Below, piece after piece: positions 32,602 through 43,571 of a stretch of DNA of 63,844 nucleotides. Positions within the stretch are counted from its first letter, which is position 1. Every line of letters starts with the position of its first letter. Where the stretch lies: NCBI GenBank assembly GCA_051885355.1, contig JBJEXC010000011.1, positions 1-63,844 on the forward strand, given 5' to 3'. The DNA comes from Alphaproteobacteria bacterium. GTDB lineage: Bacteria > Pseudomonadota > Alphaproteobacteria > Rs-D84 > CACZYB01. The position numbers and the translations under genes were made by a program. The notes under the pieces are model-generated. The model was not told the DNA's origin, made no database searches, and saw only the letters and a program-made list of their open reading frames with translations.

Positions 32602-33945
32602 ATGTATAAGTTTATAAAGGACAAAAAAAGCGTAATATTTTTTGCAATTTTGTTATTACTTCAAACAGGATATACCGCAGGTTGGGCTGGGGTATATTCT
32701 TTTTTAATTGCAAAATCTAATGCAAACACACTTCCTTACTACTTTATATTTTCTGCCCTTGGCTCTTTCTTTATAAACATAATATCTGCTTTCTTTTCAG
32801 ACTTATTCAAAAAACAAACCATAATAAAATTTTCACAAATAATATTCATTATATTCCTAATCACAGAAATATTTGTGATAAAAAATCACAACTTGTTTAA
32901 CAATAATACCCTTTTTTCAATACTTCTTATACTAAGTATTATAATAGTATCAATTCCATCAATATTCACAATACAACTTTGGGCTTTGATAAATGAAAAT
33001 GTCGAACCATCAAAGGCCTCAAAAGTATATCCTGTCTTATGCAGTGCAAACATCATAGCCTCTATTACAGGAGGAATGATAGCAAACATAATTCCAAAAT
33101 ATTTTTCCAATATTTACCTAATCGCTATATGGATTATCACAGTTGCAATTTCATACATCCTAATTTCCCTAATAAAAAATAATTATGATGATGAGGTAGA
33201 AAAAAAACAATTAAAAACTTTAATAAATAATTTTAAGGAAGGGGCAAAACACTATTTCACCTCATCTTTTCTAAAATATTTAAGTATAGTTTTCATTTCA
33301 TTCTGGCTAGTAAATACCTTAACTTACTTTTATTATTCCCAATTTTTAAATATAAGATATAATAATCCGGAAAAAATCGCCTCATTCATAGGATTATTCA
33401 CTATGATTATCCAATTTTCCGCACTCGCAATGCAATTCATAATTTCCCCTATCGTAATAAAAAAAATAGGAATAATAAACGGACTTTTCTATCTTCCTAT
33501 TTCTCAAGTTATAGGATTAAGTCTGATAATAATATATCCACAATTCTGGGCAATAATACTTACCGAATTTTTACAGGACTTCATAGGTATGTCAATACAA
33601 TCAAACTCCGTCAATATGTCATTTAACATAATTTCATCAAAAGTAAGAGCAAAAATCCGCACTCTTTTAGAAGGAATTATAAACCCACTTGGCGGAGTTT
33701 TAGCAGGAATTTCCATACTAATCATACAAAAAACTCTCCCACAATCAGAATTTATAAATTACTATATACCTTTGTTTGGATTGATATTCGCAATACTTTG
33801 GACTCTATCAGTTTTCAAACTCAAAAAATACTATATAAAGGAACTTAAAAAATCCTTTAAAATAAATAAAAATAATGATAGAATATTTATAAAAGAATTT
33901 TTGACAATAGAAAAAAATGCGAAAAGAAAAAAACAGAGTAGCTAA
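32602..33945 (+). CDS. Polytopic membrane transporter (MFS-like; substrate unknown)
   Basis: About 11-12 hydrophobic segments over 447 aa. The start abuts the amylase stop. Confidence 0.5.
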   Translation: MYKFIKDKKSVIFFAILLLLQTGYTAGWAGVYSFLIAKSNANTLPYYFIFSALGSFFINIISAFFSDLFKKQTIIKFSQIIFIIFLITEIFVIKNHNLFNNNTLFSILLILSIIIVSIPSIFTIQLWALINENVEPSKASKVYPVLCSANIIASITGGMIANIIPKYFSNIYLIAIWIITVAISYILISLIKNNYDDEVEKKQLKTLINNFKEGAKHYFTSSFLKYLSIVFISFWLVNTLTYFYYSQFLNIRYNNPEKIASFIGLFTMIIQFSALAMQFIISPIVIKKIGIINGLFYLPISQVIGLSLIIIYPQFWAIILTEFLQDFIGMSIQSNSVNMSFNIISSKVRAKIRTLLEGIINPLGGVLAGISILIIQKTLPQSEFINYYIPLFGLIFAILWTLSVFKLKKYYIKELKKSFKINKNNDRIFIKEFLTIEKNAKRKKQSS

Positions 33946-34648
33946 AATCATTTCAGAAAGTGGTCTTTGTTCAAGACGCGTTGCCGAAAGAAAAATCCTA
34001 AATGGGGAGGTATCTATAAACGGACATATTATAGACTCCCCTGCTCTTAATGTTTCATACGACGATATAATCTTAGTAAACGGAAAACCTCTTTTAAAAC
34101 GCGAAGATACAAAACTCTACATCTATCACAAACCAGCCGGACTTATCACAAGCCACAACGACGAAAACGGTCGAAAAACTATCTTTGATGATATAGGCAA
34201 TAAATACGGCAAACTTCTTTCCATAGGAAGATTGGATTTAAACTCCGAAGGCTTACTCCTTCTTACAAATGACGGCGAATTTCAAAGATTTATGGAAAGC
34301 CCAAAAAACGAATTCGAACGCATTTACAAAGTCCGCGTCCACGGCACACCATCAAAAGATGACATACTAAAACTTAAAAACGGAATAACAGTAGATGGCA
34401 TAAAATACAAAAAAATTGATGTAAAAATCGACAAAGTTTTATCATCTAATTCTTGGTTAACTGTAAAACTTATTGAGGGCAAAAACAGGGAAATAAGAAA
34501 AACTCTATCCGCACTTGGCTACGAAGTAAACAAACTTATCCGCATAAGTTACGCCGGTTTTGAACTAAGGAATTTAGAAAAAAGTGACATTTACGAGGTC
34601 AAAATCCCGCAATCCCTTCTTCAAAAATTTGAAAATTTTAAAGGATAG
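33917..34648 (+). CDS. rRNA pseudouridine synthase, RsuA/RluB family
   Basis: S4 domain (GLCSRRVAERKILNGEVSING) and catalytic motif GRLDLNSEGLLLLTNDG. Confidence 0.85.
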   Translation: MRKEKNRVAKIISESGLCSRRVAERKILNGEVSINGHIIDSPALNVSYDDIILVNGKPLLKREDTKLYIYHKPAGLITSHNDENGRKTIFDDIGNKYGKLLSIGRLDLNSEGLLLLTNDGEFQRFMESPKNEFERIYKVRVHGTPSKDDILKLKNGITVDGIKYKKIDVKIDKVLSSNSWLTVKLIEGKNREIRKTLSALGYEVNKLIRISYAGFELRNLEKSDIYEVKIPQSLLQKFENFKG

Positions 34649-34650
34649 AA

Positions 34651-35763
<1,113 letters not shown>

Positions 35764-35889
35764 TTAACTCCTGTTATTTTATAAAATAATTACCAAAACA
35801 AAGGAAAAAATGCAACATTTATTTTATTGTATTTTCACATTTTACCTATATAATCATTCATATAAGGAATTTTAAAGAAAAGGTTTATT

Positions 35890-38685
35890 ATGAATAAAAA
35901 ATATATTTTGGTTGATGGTTCAGGATTTATATTTCGTGCCTTTTACGCACTTCCACCTATTTCAAGAAGTGATAATTTACCAGTCGGTGCAGTATATGGC
36001 TTTTGCAATATGCTTTTGAAACTTCTTATCGAAAGGGACGGCAAGGATGAAATAGTTGCCGTGATTTTTGATGCTGCCAGAAAAAATTTCAGAAACGATA
36101 TTTACCCTGATTACAAGGCAAATAGAAGTGAAACGCCAGAGGAACTTATCCCACAATTTGCCTATATAAGAAAGGCTGTAGAGGCTTTCAATCTTCCATC
36201 AATTGAACAACTTGGGTTTGAGGCAGACGATTTAATCGCAACCTATGCTCATCAGATTGAGGAAAACGGAGATACCGCAGTTATTTATTCATCGGATAAA
36301 GATTTAATGCAACTTTTAACAGATAAAGTTTCTATATTTGACCCATTAAAACAAAAGCAAGTTAACAAGCAAACCGTCCTTGATAAATTCGGTGTTGAAC
36401 CAAACAAAGTTGTTGATGTGCAAGCATTAATTGGTGACTCCACCGACAATATCCCTGGGGTAAAAGGTATCGGTCCAAAAACAGCATCAGAACTTATAAA
36501 TAAATACGGCTCACTTGAAAACCTACTTGAAAATGCAAGAAATATAAAACAGGATAAACGCCGTGAGACTATTGAAACTAATGCCGACCTTGCAAAAATT
36601 TCAAAACAACTTGCAACCCTAAAAAAAGATGTGCCACTTACCACACCTTTGGATACACTTCATAAAACACCAGTTAACAAAGAAAAACTTCTTTCATTTA
36701 TAAATGAAATGGAATTCAAATCCCTCATTTCAAAGGCTAATAAGTTCATTGAAGAAATTTCTAAAACTCCAACAACAACTAATACAACAGAAGAAACTTC
36801 GGTAATAAACAAACCTGTGATAAAAAACATTGAAAAACATTATGAACTTGTCCGTGATATTGAAACACTTGATAAATGGATAAAGAAATGTGAAGAGAAA
36901 AAACGCTTTGCTGTTGATACAGAAACCACAGGACTTGACAGCCTCTCCGCCTCTATCGTTGGAATGTCCATTGCAATCGATGAAGGTGAGGCTTGCTATA
37001 TCCCTATACATCACATAAAAAAAGTTTTTGATGGTGGAGATTTATTTAACAATGGACAAGATACCCTTGTCGAAAATCAAATCCCAGTTAATGAACTTGT
37101 AAAACACATTAAACCTTTGCTTGAAAATCCAGAGGTAGTAAAAATAGGACATAACATAAAATACGATATGCACATTTTCAAACAACTTGGTATAGATGTA
37201 TATCCTATCGAAGATACTATGGTGATGAGTTATGATTTAGACAGCACAAAGAACCTTCACAATATGGACGATTTAGCATTAAATCACCTTAATTACTCCA
37301 CAATACATTTTACCGATGTCTGCGGAAGCGGAAAGGCTCAAATCACATTTGCGGAGGCACCTCTGGAAAAGGCACTTGATTATGCAGCAGAAGATGCTGA
37401 TATAACACTTCGCCTTTATAATGTATTTAAGGAGCGACTTGATGCAGACACAGAACTTTCAAAAATCTATTACGATATGGATTTGCCACTTGTCTATATC
37501 CTATTTTCTATGGAAGAATGGGGCGTCAAAATCGACAGCCTCACCCTATCCGAATTAAGCACAGAATTTGAAAAAATTCTATCTGGCTTAGAGGGGGAAA
37601 TTTTTGCAATCACAGGCACCACATTCAACATACTTTCACCAAAACAACTGGGCGAAATGTTATTTGATACAATGGGACTTCCATATCCGGCAAAGAAAAA
37701 ATCCTCCGATGGATATTCAACCGATATTGATGTTTTAAAACAACTTTCATATCAAGGATACGAAATCGCAGATAAGGTCTTAAAATATCGTGAGATTGCA
37801 AAATTAAAGGGAACTTACACCGACACACTTCCAAATCAAATTTTGCCACGCGATGGACGAGTCCATACAAATTACTTTGAATGTGGAACATCAACCGGAC
37901 GCCTCTCTTCCAATAACCCAAACCTTCAAAACATACCTATCAGAACCGATTTGGGAAAGGATATAAGGAAAACTTTTATTGCATCAAATGGTTTCAAACT
38001 TCTTTCCGCCGACTACTCTCAAATTGAACTTCGTGTAATGGCAGATTATGCCGATGTTAAAAATTTAAAGCAAGCCTTCCTTGATAATGTGGATATTCAT
38101 ACAAGGACCGCCTCCCAAGTTTTCGGTATCCCAGAGGCTGAACTTGATGCAGATACACGCCGTAAGGCAAAGGCAATAAACTTTGGTATTATATATGGCA
38201 TTTCCTCATTCGGACTTGCAAATCAACTAAACATTTCACAGGGTGAGGCAAAGGAATACATTGATAACTACTTCAAAAACTTCCCTGAGATACAAAAGTA
38301 TATGGAAGAAACGAAAAATTTCGCCCATCAAAATGGATATATAAAAACTATGATGGGGCGTAAATCCTTCATATCAAATATAAATAACCCTCGCCTCAAA
38401 GCCTACGCAGAACGCGCCGCTATCAATGCTCCTATACAAGGAACCGCTGCGGATATTTTGAAAATGGCAATGATTAAAATTCAAAATATTTTAAAAGAAC
38501 AAAATTTAACTGATGACATTCGTATGCTTCTTCAAGTCCACGACGAACTTGTATTTGAGGTCCGCGATGATAAAATTGAATATGCAACAAAACTTATAAA
38601 GGATACTATGGAAAACATCGTAAAACTTTCCATTCCATTAGTAGTAGAAGTTGGTATCGCAAATAATTGGAAAGATGCACATTAA
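35890..38685 (+). CDS. polA: DNA polymerase I
   Basis: 5'-3' exonuclease N-terminus, 3'-5' exonuclease motif FAVDTETTGLD, and polymerase motifs DYSQIELR and QVHDELVFE. Confidence 0.97.
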   Translation: MNKKYILVDGSGFIFRAFYALPPISRSDNLPVGAVYGFCNMLLKLLIERDGKDEIVAVIFDAARKNFRNDIYPDYKANRSETPEELIPQFAYIRKAVEAFNLPSIEQLGFEADDLIATYAHQIEENGDTAVIYSSDKDLMQLLTDKVSIFDPLKQKQVNKQTVLDKFGVEPNKVVDVQALIGDSTDNIPGVKGIGPKTASELINKYGSLENLLENARNIKQDKRRETIETNADLAKISKQLATLKKDVPLTTPLDTLHKTPVNKEKLLSFINEMEFKSLISKANKFIEEISKTPTTTNTTEETSVINKPVIKNIEKHYELVRDIETLDKWIKKCEEKKRFAVDTETTGLDSLSASIVGMSIAIDEGEACYIPIHHIKKVFDGGDLFNNGQDTLVENQIPVNELVKHIKPLLENPEVVKIGHNIKYDMHIFKQLGIDVYPIEDTMVMSYDLDSTKNLHNMDDLALNHLNYSTIHFTDVCGSGKAQITFAEAPLEKALDYAAEDADITLRLYNVFKERLDADTELSKIYYDMDLPLVYILFSMEEWGVKIDSLTLSELSTEFEKILSGLEGEIFAITGTTFNILSPKQLGEMLFDTMGLPYPAKKKSSDGYSTDIDVLKQLSYQGYEIADKVLKYREIAKLKGTYTDTLPNQILPRDGRVHTNYFECGTSTGRLSSNNPNLQNIPIRTDLGKDIRKTFIASNGFKLLSADYSQIELRVMADYADVKNLKQAFLDNVDIHTRTASQVFGIPEAELDADTRRKAKAINFGIIYGISSFGLANQLNISQGEAKEYIDNYFKNFPEIQKYMEETKNFAHQNGYIKTMMGRKSFISNINNPRLKAYAERAAINAPIQGTAADILKMAMIKIQNILKEQNLTDDIRMLLQVHDELVFEVRDDKIEYATKLIKDTMENIVKLSIPLVVEVGIANNWKDAH

Positions 38686-38695
38686 GGAGATTATT

Positions 38696-39244
38696 ATGGA
38701 AAAAATTATTACACCAGAAAAAATTAAAGGAGATAGAATATATCTTCAAAAACCAAAACCATCATTTGAACTTGCAACCACTGGCTACAAGGTGGCTATG
38801 GAAAGCTATGATACTATTTCAAGATACCTTAATTGGATTTTTGATTTTTCACCAGAATCATATTATAATTACTTATCATCATTTGAAAATTCAACTGACC
38901 ATTTCGGTTATATAATTTATGATAAAGACAACAACTTTATAGGATTCATTGACTTACATAATTATAGTGCAGAAAATAAACGTGCCGAATTTGGTTATTG
39001 GATTTCCAATAAATTTACAGGACACGGATATATGATGGAAGCAGTTGCCCTTATGGAAAAAGAATTTTCAAAAATACTTGGCATTCAAAAATTTATGATT
39101 ATGACACATTTTAAAAATACAAAATCTCAAAATGTAGCACTTAAATCCGGATATGAATTAGAAGCCGTATTAAAAAGACATTTATATTGCAAATATGATG
39201 ATAAAATTGTTGATGAAAATGTTTATTCAAAATTTATTGATTAG
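38696..39244 (+). CDS. GNAT family N-acetyltransferase (RimJ/RimL-like)
   Basis: AEFGYWISNKFTGHGYMMEAV acetyl-CoA-binding-type motif. Start at MEKIITPE. Confidence 0.75.
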   Translation: MEKIITPEKIKGDRIYLQKPKPSFELATTGYKVAMESYDTISRYLNWIFDFSPESYYNYLSSFENSTDHFGYIIYDKDNNFIGFIDLHNYSAENKRAEFGYWISNKFTGHGYMMEAVALMEKEFSKILGIQKFMIMTHFKNTKSQNVALKSGYELEAVLKRHLYCKYDDKIVDENVYSKFID

Positions 39245-39405
39245 CCAAATTTCTTATAAAGATATTTAATGTTATCTTTTATTGTTATTGTATATTCACC
39301 AAGACATTGAAACATCTTGCCTTCACACCTTTCATACTCACGAAGTGCGAATGCTGTAGTGCTTATCAAAATTATAAATATAAAAATATATATAAGTTTT
39401 AACAT
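39241..39405 (-). CDS. Small secreted protein (54 aa, below the ORF-track cutoff)
   Basis: GAGGAG Shine-Dalgarno and ATG. Sequence MLKLIYIFIFIILISTTAFALREYERCEGKMFQCLGEY... has a signal peptide plus two Cys. Confidence 0.4.
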   Translation of the reverse strand: MLKLIYIFIFIILISTTAFALREYERCEGKMFQCLGEYTITIKDNIKYLYKKFG

Positions 39406-39482
39406 AACTTTCTCCTCTTTGTATTGTCTTATTATTTGATATGAAAGTCAACTAATTTGATTAAACTTGAAATTCTTCCTTT

Positions 39483-39526
39483 AAAGACTTATAATACTAC
39501 AAATAAAGACTTATAATACTACAAAA
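39483..39526 (+). repeat. Tandem duplication of 22 bp (AAAGACTTATAATACTACAAAt/a), each copy carrying a TATAAT box
   Basis: Read directly. It ends 12 nt upstream of the ATG at 39538. Confidence 0.9.
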
Positions 39527-39537
39527 TGGAGGCCATT

Positions 39538-39738
39538 ATGAAAAAATTCGGATATAAAAGAAACATAGACTTAAATAAATTTGATTTCAACTCAATTGAA
39601 AAAGAAAGATTTTCACGAAGAATAAAAAATGACGAAGAACTAAAAAACAGAATAAATCAACATCATTTTACCAATGAACAAATTGCGGAATCTGTTTCAA
39701 AAGAAATGATAAAAGCAATGGATAATTGGGAAAGATAA
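39538..39738 (+). CDS. Hypothetical protein (66 aa)
   Basis: GGAGG Shine-Dalgarno 4 nt upstream of the ATG at 39538. The ORF-track start at 39526 lies inside the Shine-Dalgarno region. Confidence 0.45.
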   Translation: MKKFGYKRNIDLNKFDFNSIEKERFSRRIKNDEELKNRINQHHFTNEQIAESVSKEMIKAMDNWER

Positions 39739-39808
39739 ACACCTTCGGTATGTTTTCTTAAAAATTTCTTGCATTTAAAGAAAAATATAATATAATATTT
39801 GCATCTTT

Positions 39809-39885
39809 GCGCCATTAGCTCAATTGGATAGAGTATCTGACTACGGATCAGAAGGTTAGAGGTTCGACTCCTCTATGGCGCACCA
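39809..39885 (+). tRNA. tRNA-Arg (anticodon ACG), CCA encoded
   Basis: Acceptor GCGCCAT/ATGGCGC, anticodon loop CTACGGA, T arm AGAGG-TTCGACT-CCTCT. Confidence 0.9.
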
Positions 39886-40032
39886 TTCTTCACAATTTTT
39901 AGTCTTTAGCATAGCATCAAAAGGTCTAACTATTGATAATACTAACTTTTTTTGAATCTAATAAAGAGTTCGGAACTAAAATTTGTAAAATTTCCTTTTT
40001 TAGGGAAAATTCCGAACTTTCAAAATACTTAC

Positions 40033-40920
40033 CTATCTATTGATATTGTTTTCAAAAATTTTAACATTTTCTTGTAAGTCATTTGTTTGATTAATATCAG
40101 AAATTTTTGTCATTCCTTTATCAAATTGTAACGATTGATTATATTTTTTATTCTTTTCCAACAATTCTTCTATAACAACATTATCTGTATAACACTCTTT
40201 AACAACTTTTTGAAAAGATAAATCTGTTGGTATTCCTTTTTCCATAAATGTATCTAAAAGATTATTAAATATCATTCTTATATAATCATAATATTTTGTT
40301 TCTTTTTTTCCTTCTTTATCATACTTAAATTTCAATCCTGCACCAGTAAGAACAACATAAGATTCCATAAATAATACTTTCATTCTTTTTTCTTTATATT
40401 CATCAACAAAAAAACTCTCATTAAAATTCAAATCGATAAAACTTATTTTACCATCTGATAAAAAGAAATTCCCACATTTTGATGGATCCACAGATATTCC
40501 AGCGTTATTAATCGCAATCCAATCAGATATAAACTTATTTAAATTTTCAGAAGACATATTGGAAACTTCTTTTAATCTTGTTTCATATTCATCTATTGAC
40601 ATTTTAGAATTATATAATTCTTCGCCTTTTGCCCTTTTTTGAAGACAATATATACTACAATCTCCTTCATCTCTATCTATTGTCGAAGCATCAATTTTAT
40701 ATTCTAATGGAGGAATAACCGATACACCATCATTTTCCAACTTATTAATTATTTGTATTTCTTTCTTTAATTTTTCTTCATATAAATCAACAGTTTTCAA
40801 ATCAACAAAACTACTACTAACTAACAAAGCATATTCATCAAATAAGAAGCATTTTTTATTACCACCATAAAGATGATTATCCATTTGCTTGGAAAATTCT
40901 ATAAATTTATCTATTAACAT
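40033..40920 (-). CDS. Hypothetical protein with APH/choline-kinase-like catalytic segment
   Basis: GISVDPSKCGNFFLSDGKISFIDLN aligns by eye with the aminoglycoside-phosphotransferase segment HGDLGDSNIFVKDGKVSGFIDLG, with 1-residue indels. Start at the second Met is supported by a GGAG Shine-Dalgarno. Confidence 0.45.
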   Translation of the reverse strand: MLIDKFIEFSKQMDNHLYGGNKKCFLFDEYALLVSSSFVDLKTVDLYEEKLKKEIQIINKLENDGVSVIPPLEYKIDASTIDRDEGDCSIYCLQKRAKGEELYNSKMSIDEYETRLKEVSNMSSENLNKFISDWIAINNAGISVDPSKCGNFFLSDGKISFIDLNFNESFFVDEYKEKRMKVLFMESYVVLTGAGLKFKYDKEGKKETKYYDYIRMIFNNLLDTFMEKGIPTDLSFQKVVKECYTDNVVIEELLEKNKKYNQSLQFDKGMTKISDINQTNDLQENVKIFENNINR

Positions 40921-41064
40921 AACATACTCCATAATGATGTTATAATGTTATCATGTTATCTAATGTTATTCAAGTTGAAACTACTTCATAATTATAAATT
41001 TGACATTGCCTTAAAAATCGTATAAAATAATGTATATTTATAATAATATAAAAAAGGAAAAAAA

Positions 41065-41706
41065 ATGATTGATAGAAAAGAAGATTTAATAAAAGAAATT
41101 GAAAACGAACTTAAATTATCCAATGGAAAAATAACAAAGGATTTTCATGAAAAAATAAAAACTAAAATCCAAAAGATTTTGTTTTTTAATTATGTCCAAC
41201 TTGCAAAAAATGGAAAAGCATTTGATTTGGCAAAAGTTTCAAAACAAATGGATATATATAAAAGAAAAAATCCTAAAGATACTAGTCTTTCTTTTTACCA
41301 CATTAAAAAAGATTATACTGATTATTCAGATTTATTTGGGATTATTACAAATCCAAAACAATTTTTTGTAAGTGATGAAGATGTGGACGAAATATTGAAT
41401 GATCCTATTTCTATTTATGGCTATGTCAATGAGGGATATGAAAATCTTAGCGACAATAATAAAGAGTATTATTTAAGACATAAAGAAAATAACTCTGATA
41501 TTGGTTCCAGAAGTCAATCACTTAAAGATATTCAAAAGTTGATTAAATTTAGTGAAATAAGAGTTGCTTTAAATGATACAAAGGCAAAAATGCACAAAGA
41601 TAGTGGATTTAAGGCTGGAATTGAAAAATTAAAATATTCTATTATGTATTCCAAATCAGAAAAAGAAGAAAATAAAATTTTAAGACAAGTTGATATAGAA
41701 AGATAA
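41065..41706 (+). CDS. Hypothetical protein (213 aa)
   Basis: Long ORF with Lys/Asp/Glu-rich composition and no motif recognised. Confidence 0.5.
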   Translation: MIDRKEDLIKEIENELKLSNGKITKDFHEKIKTKIQKILFFNYVQLAKNGKAFDLAKVSKQMDIYKRKNPKDTSLSFYHIKKDYTDYSDLFGIITNPKQFFVSDEDVDEILNDPISIYGYVNEGYENLSDNNKEYYLRHKENNSDIGSRSQSLKDIQKLIKFSEIRVALNDTKAKMHKDSGFKAGIEKLKYSIMYSKSEKEENKILRQVDIER

Positions 41707-41712
41707 AAATAT

Positions 41713-42183
41713 TTATACTTTTCCTTGCTTTTTTAAAAATTCAAGAAAAGCCTGACAACCATCTACTATATCCCAGTAAGTTTCATCAAAGTTGCCAGTA
41801 TACCACGGGTCCTTTATTTTACGAGGGTGGTTTGTATAATCCAAAAGCATACTTATCTTGCCATCTGTATCCTTGCCGATAAGGGTTTGAATATCCTCTA
41901 CATTACTTTCATCCATAGCAATTATATAGTCAAATTTTTTGTAATCTTCCTTTCTTATTCGCCTTGAATAATGCTGAGAAAAAGGCACTTTCATCTCAGT
42001 TAAAATCTCCCGTGTTCCATAATGAATACCTTCACGATTTAACTCATTATACCCATCAGTCCCAGCAGAATCTATTTCAAATTTCTCAGTCAATCCAGCC
42101 TCATCAACCATCTTTTGAAATACAAACTGAGCCATAGGGGAACGACAAATATTTCCCAAACATACAAATAAAACTTTTATCAT
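41713..42183 (-). CDS. Low-molecular-weight protein-tyrosine phosphatase
   Basis: P-loop VCLGNICRSP (CX5R) near the N-terminus and a DP loop (IKDPWY). 156 aa. Confidence 0.85.
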   Translation of the reverse strand: MIKVLFVCLGNICRSPMAQFVFQKMVDEAGLTEKFEIDSAGTDGYNELNREGIHYGTREILTEMKVPFSQHYSRRIRKEDYKKFDYIIAMDESNVEDIQTLIGKDTDGKISMLLDYTNHPRKIKDPWYTGNFDETYWDIVDGCQAFLEFLKKQGKV

Positions 42184-42452
42184 TTCAATTCCTCTTTCAC
42201 AAAAGAATATATCACACTTTTATCTCCCCGGTCAATCTTTATCATTGCATTTCATATTCTGCTCTGGTATTATAATTTTTAATATTTGTTATTTAACATA
42301 TATAATGTATTAGATTTTCTAACATTAATCTTTAGAGTATTATACAAGAAAGACAAAATTGCGTCAATCTGATTTTGAGTAAAGTCTTTTCTCGTTATTA
42401 AACTTTTAAATTTTTTTTAATAGTCTAGTCATATTTTTACCTCCTTTACTTA

Positions 42453-42480
42453 TAAAAAACTCCCCATCAGAACGATGGGG
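42453..42480 (-). terminator. Rho-independent terminator after the endolysin gene
   Basis: CCCCATC-N5-GATGGGG followed by a T run on the minus strand. Confidence 0.65.
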
Positions 42481-42485
42481 AAAGA

Positions 42486-42896
42486 TTATATTTCACTTAT
42501 GAAAAAGAAAAGTTCTTCAACCCGCCTTTTATATATACCTTTAAGTTTGGATTTAAAACCGAAATCCCATTCACGACAAATAGCCTCAAAATCTTTATTA
42601 ATAATAGCCTGCCTTAATTTAGATTTTTTAAACGCAGGACCACCAACATTATACACAAGTGATACAACGGCCTCCAATTGACGCCCTCTCAAATTCAAAT
42701 CAGAAATATATGGCATCACTTCACAATCAATCCATTTAGAAAGAAGTATCTCAGCCCTCTCCTCTGTAATACTCATTCCTTCATAAACAGGCACACCATC
42801 AACACTTGTATTTCCATAACCAATAGTCCAAACACCAGCCGGACATTTATAGGCAACAAGTAAGCACCCTTCATACTTTTTTATCAAAGAATTCAT
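42486..42896 (-). CDS. Phage-type lysozyme (GH24 endolysin)
   Basis: KKYEGC...AYKCPAGVWTIGYGNT contains the catalytic Glu and the TIGYG motif. The ATGA start overlaps the upstream lipoprotein stop. Confidence 0.85.
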   Translation of the reverse strand: MNSLIKKYEGCLLVAYKCPAGVWTIGYGNTSVDGVPVYEGMSITEERAEILLSKWIDCEVMPYISDLNLRGRQLEAVVSLVYNVGGPAFKKSKLRQAIINKDFEAICREWDFGFKSKLKGIYKRRVEELFFFISEI

Positions 42897-43123
42897 TTGC
42901 ACTCACTCATATAAATTTCATAATAAATATTAAGATGACGAGCCGTTTCCAAAGTATCCTGTCTGCTTGGAAGCATAGGTTCATATATGGCACAAAAACT
43001 ATCAATCTCGGTAGTGCAACTTGTCAGCACTAACACTATTAACACGAGATTTAATCTTAGTTTTCGTATTAACTTTTTTAAGAATTTTTTTAGTCTGCTT
43101 TGCTTTCTGTTTCGACACACCAT
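42893..43123 (-). CDS. Rz1/o-spanin-like lysis lipoprotein
   Basis: Basic N-region, lipobox LVLTSC, and a short mature part with conserved Cys (CAIYEPMLPSRQDTLETARHL...C). The start is embedded out of frame in the upstream ORF. Confidence 0.5.
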   Translation of the reverse strand: MVCRNRKQSRLKKFLKKLIRKLRLNLVLIVLVLTSCTTEIDSFCAIYEPMLPSRQDTLETARHLNIYYEIYMSECK

Positions 43124-43193
43124 TTTCTTCTCCTTTAAAATAAACAAGTAAAGTTCCCAAAATCCCAGCCATAATACAATAAACTTTTTTCAT
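43002..43193 (-). CDS. N-terminally anchored, highly basic small protein (i-spanin- or holin-accessory-like)
   Basis: TM segment VYCIMAGILGTLLVYF followed by a Lys-rich tail. It overlaps the lipoprotein ORF in another frame, as Rz/Rz1 pairs do. Confidence 0.4.
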   Translation of the reverse strand: MKKVYCIMAGILGTLLVYFKGEENGVSKQKAKQTKKILKKVNTKTKIKSRVNSVSADKLHYRD

Positions 43194-43194
43194 A

Positions 43195-43380
43195 TTATAC
43201 CCCTGTAAATAATAAGGTTAATATAGCAACTGGATTTTCAAACGAACCTTGATAAATTGAAACTCCTAAATAACCCAAAACAATCAAAGTTCCCAATATT
43301 CGTTTAAGACCTATTTGACCATCAGGTTTTACAAAACACTTTTTAAGTGCAGTTAATATAAATTCAAATATTTTTTTCAT
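43195..43380 (-). CDS. Holin-like small membrane protein
   Basis: 61 aa with 2-3 hydrophobic segments, an AAGGAG Shine-Dalgarno, and the first position of the lysis cassette. Confidence 0.5.
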   Translation of the reverse strand: MKKIFEFILTALKKCFVKPDGQIGLKRILGTLIVLGYLGVSIYQGSFENPVAILTLLFTGV

Positions 43381-43571
43381 TATTACTCCTTTAAATAGAA
43401 AAATACTCACGAAATGCAAGTATTAAGATTAAAAAAAAACTCCCCCTAACGGAGGAATTAAACATAACTAACAAAATAATAATGGAGAGAGACTTATCCT
43501 ATTAGTCAGAAAATACTATACACCATTTTACTCCAAAAGTCAAGAACAAAATTAGAACAATTAATAATCTT

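Noticed and set aside
42370-42452. Mini-ORF MTRLLKKI with a strong AAGGAGG Shine-Dalgarno just downstream (minus strand) of the endolysin terminator
   Set aside because: It is only 8 codons before a stop, and neighbouring frames are also short. It may be a gene remnant or leader peptide, but nothing supports a call.
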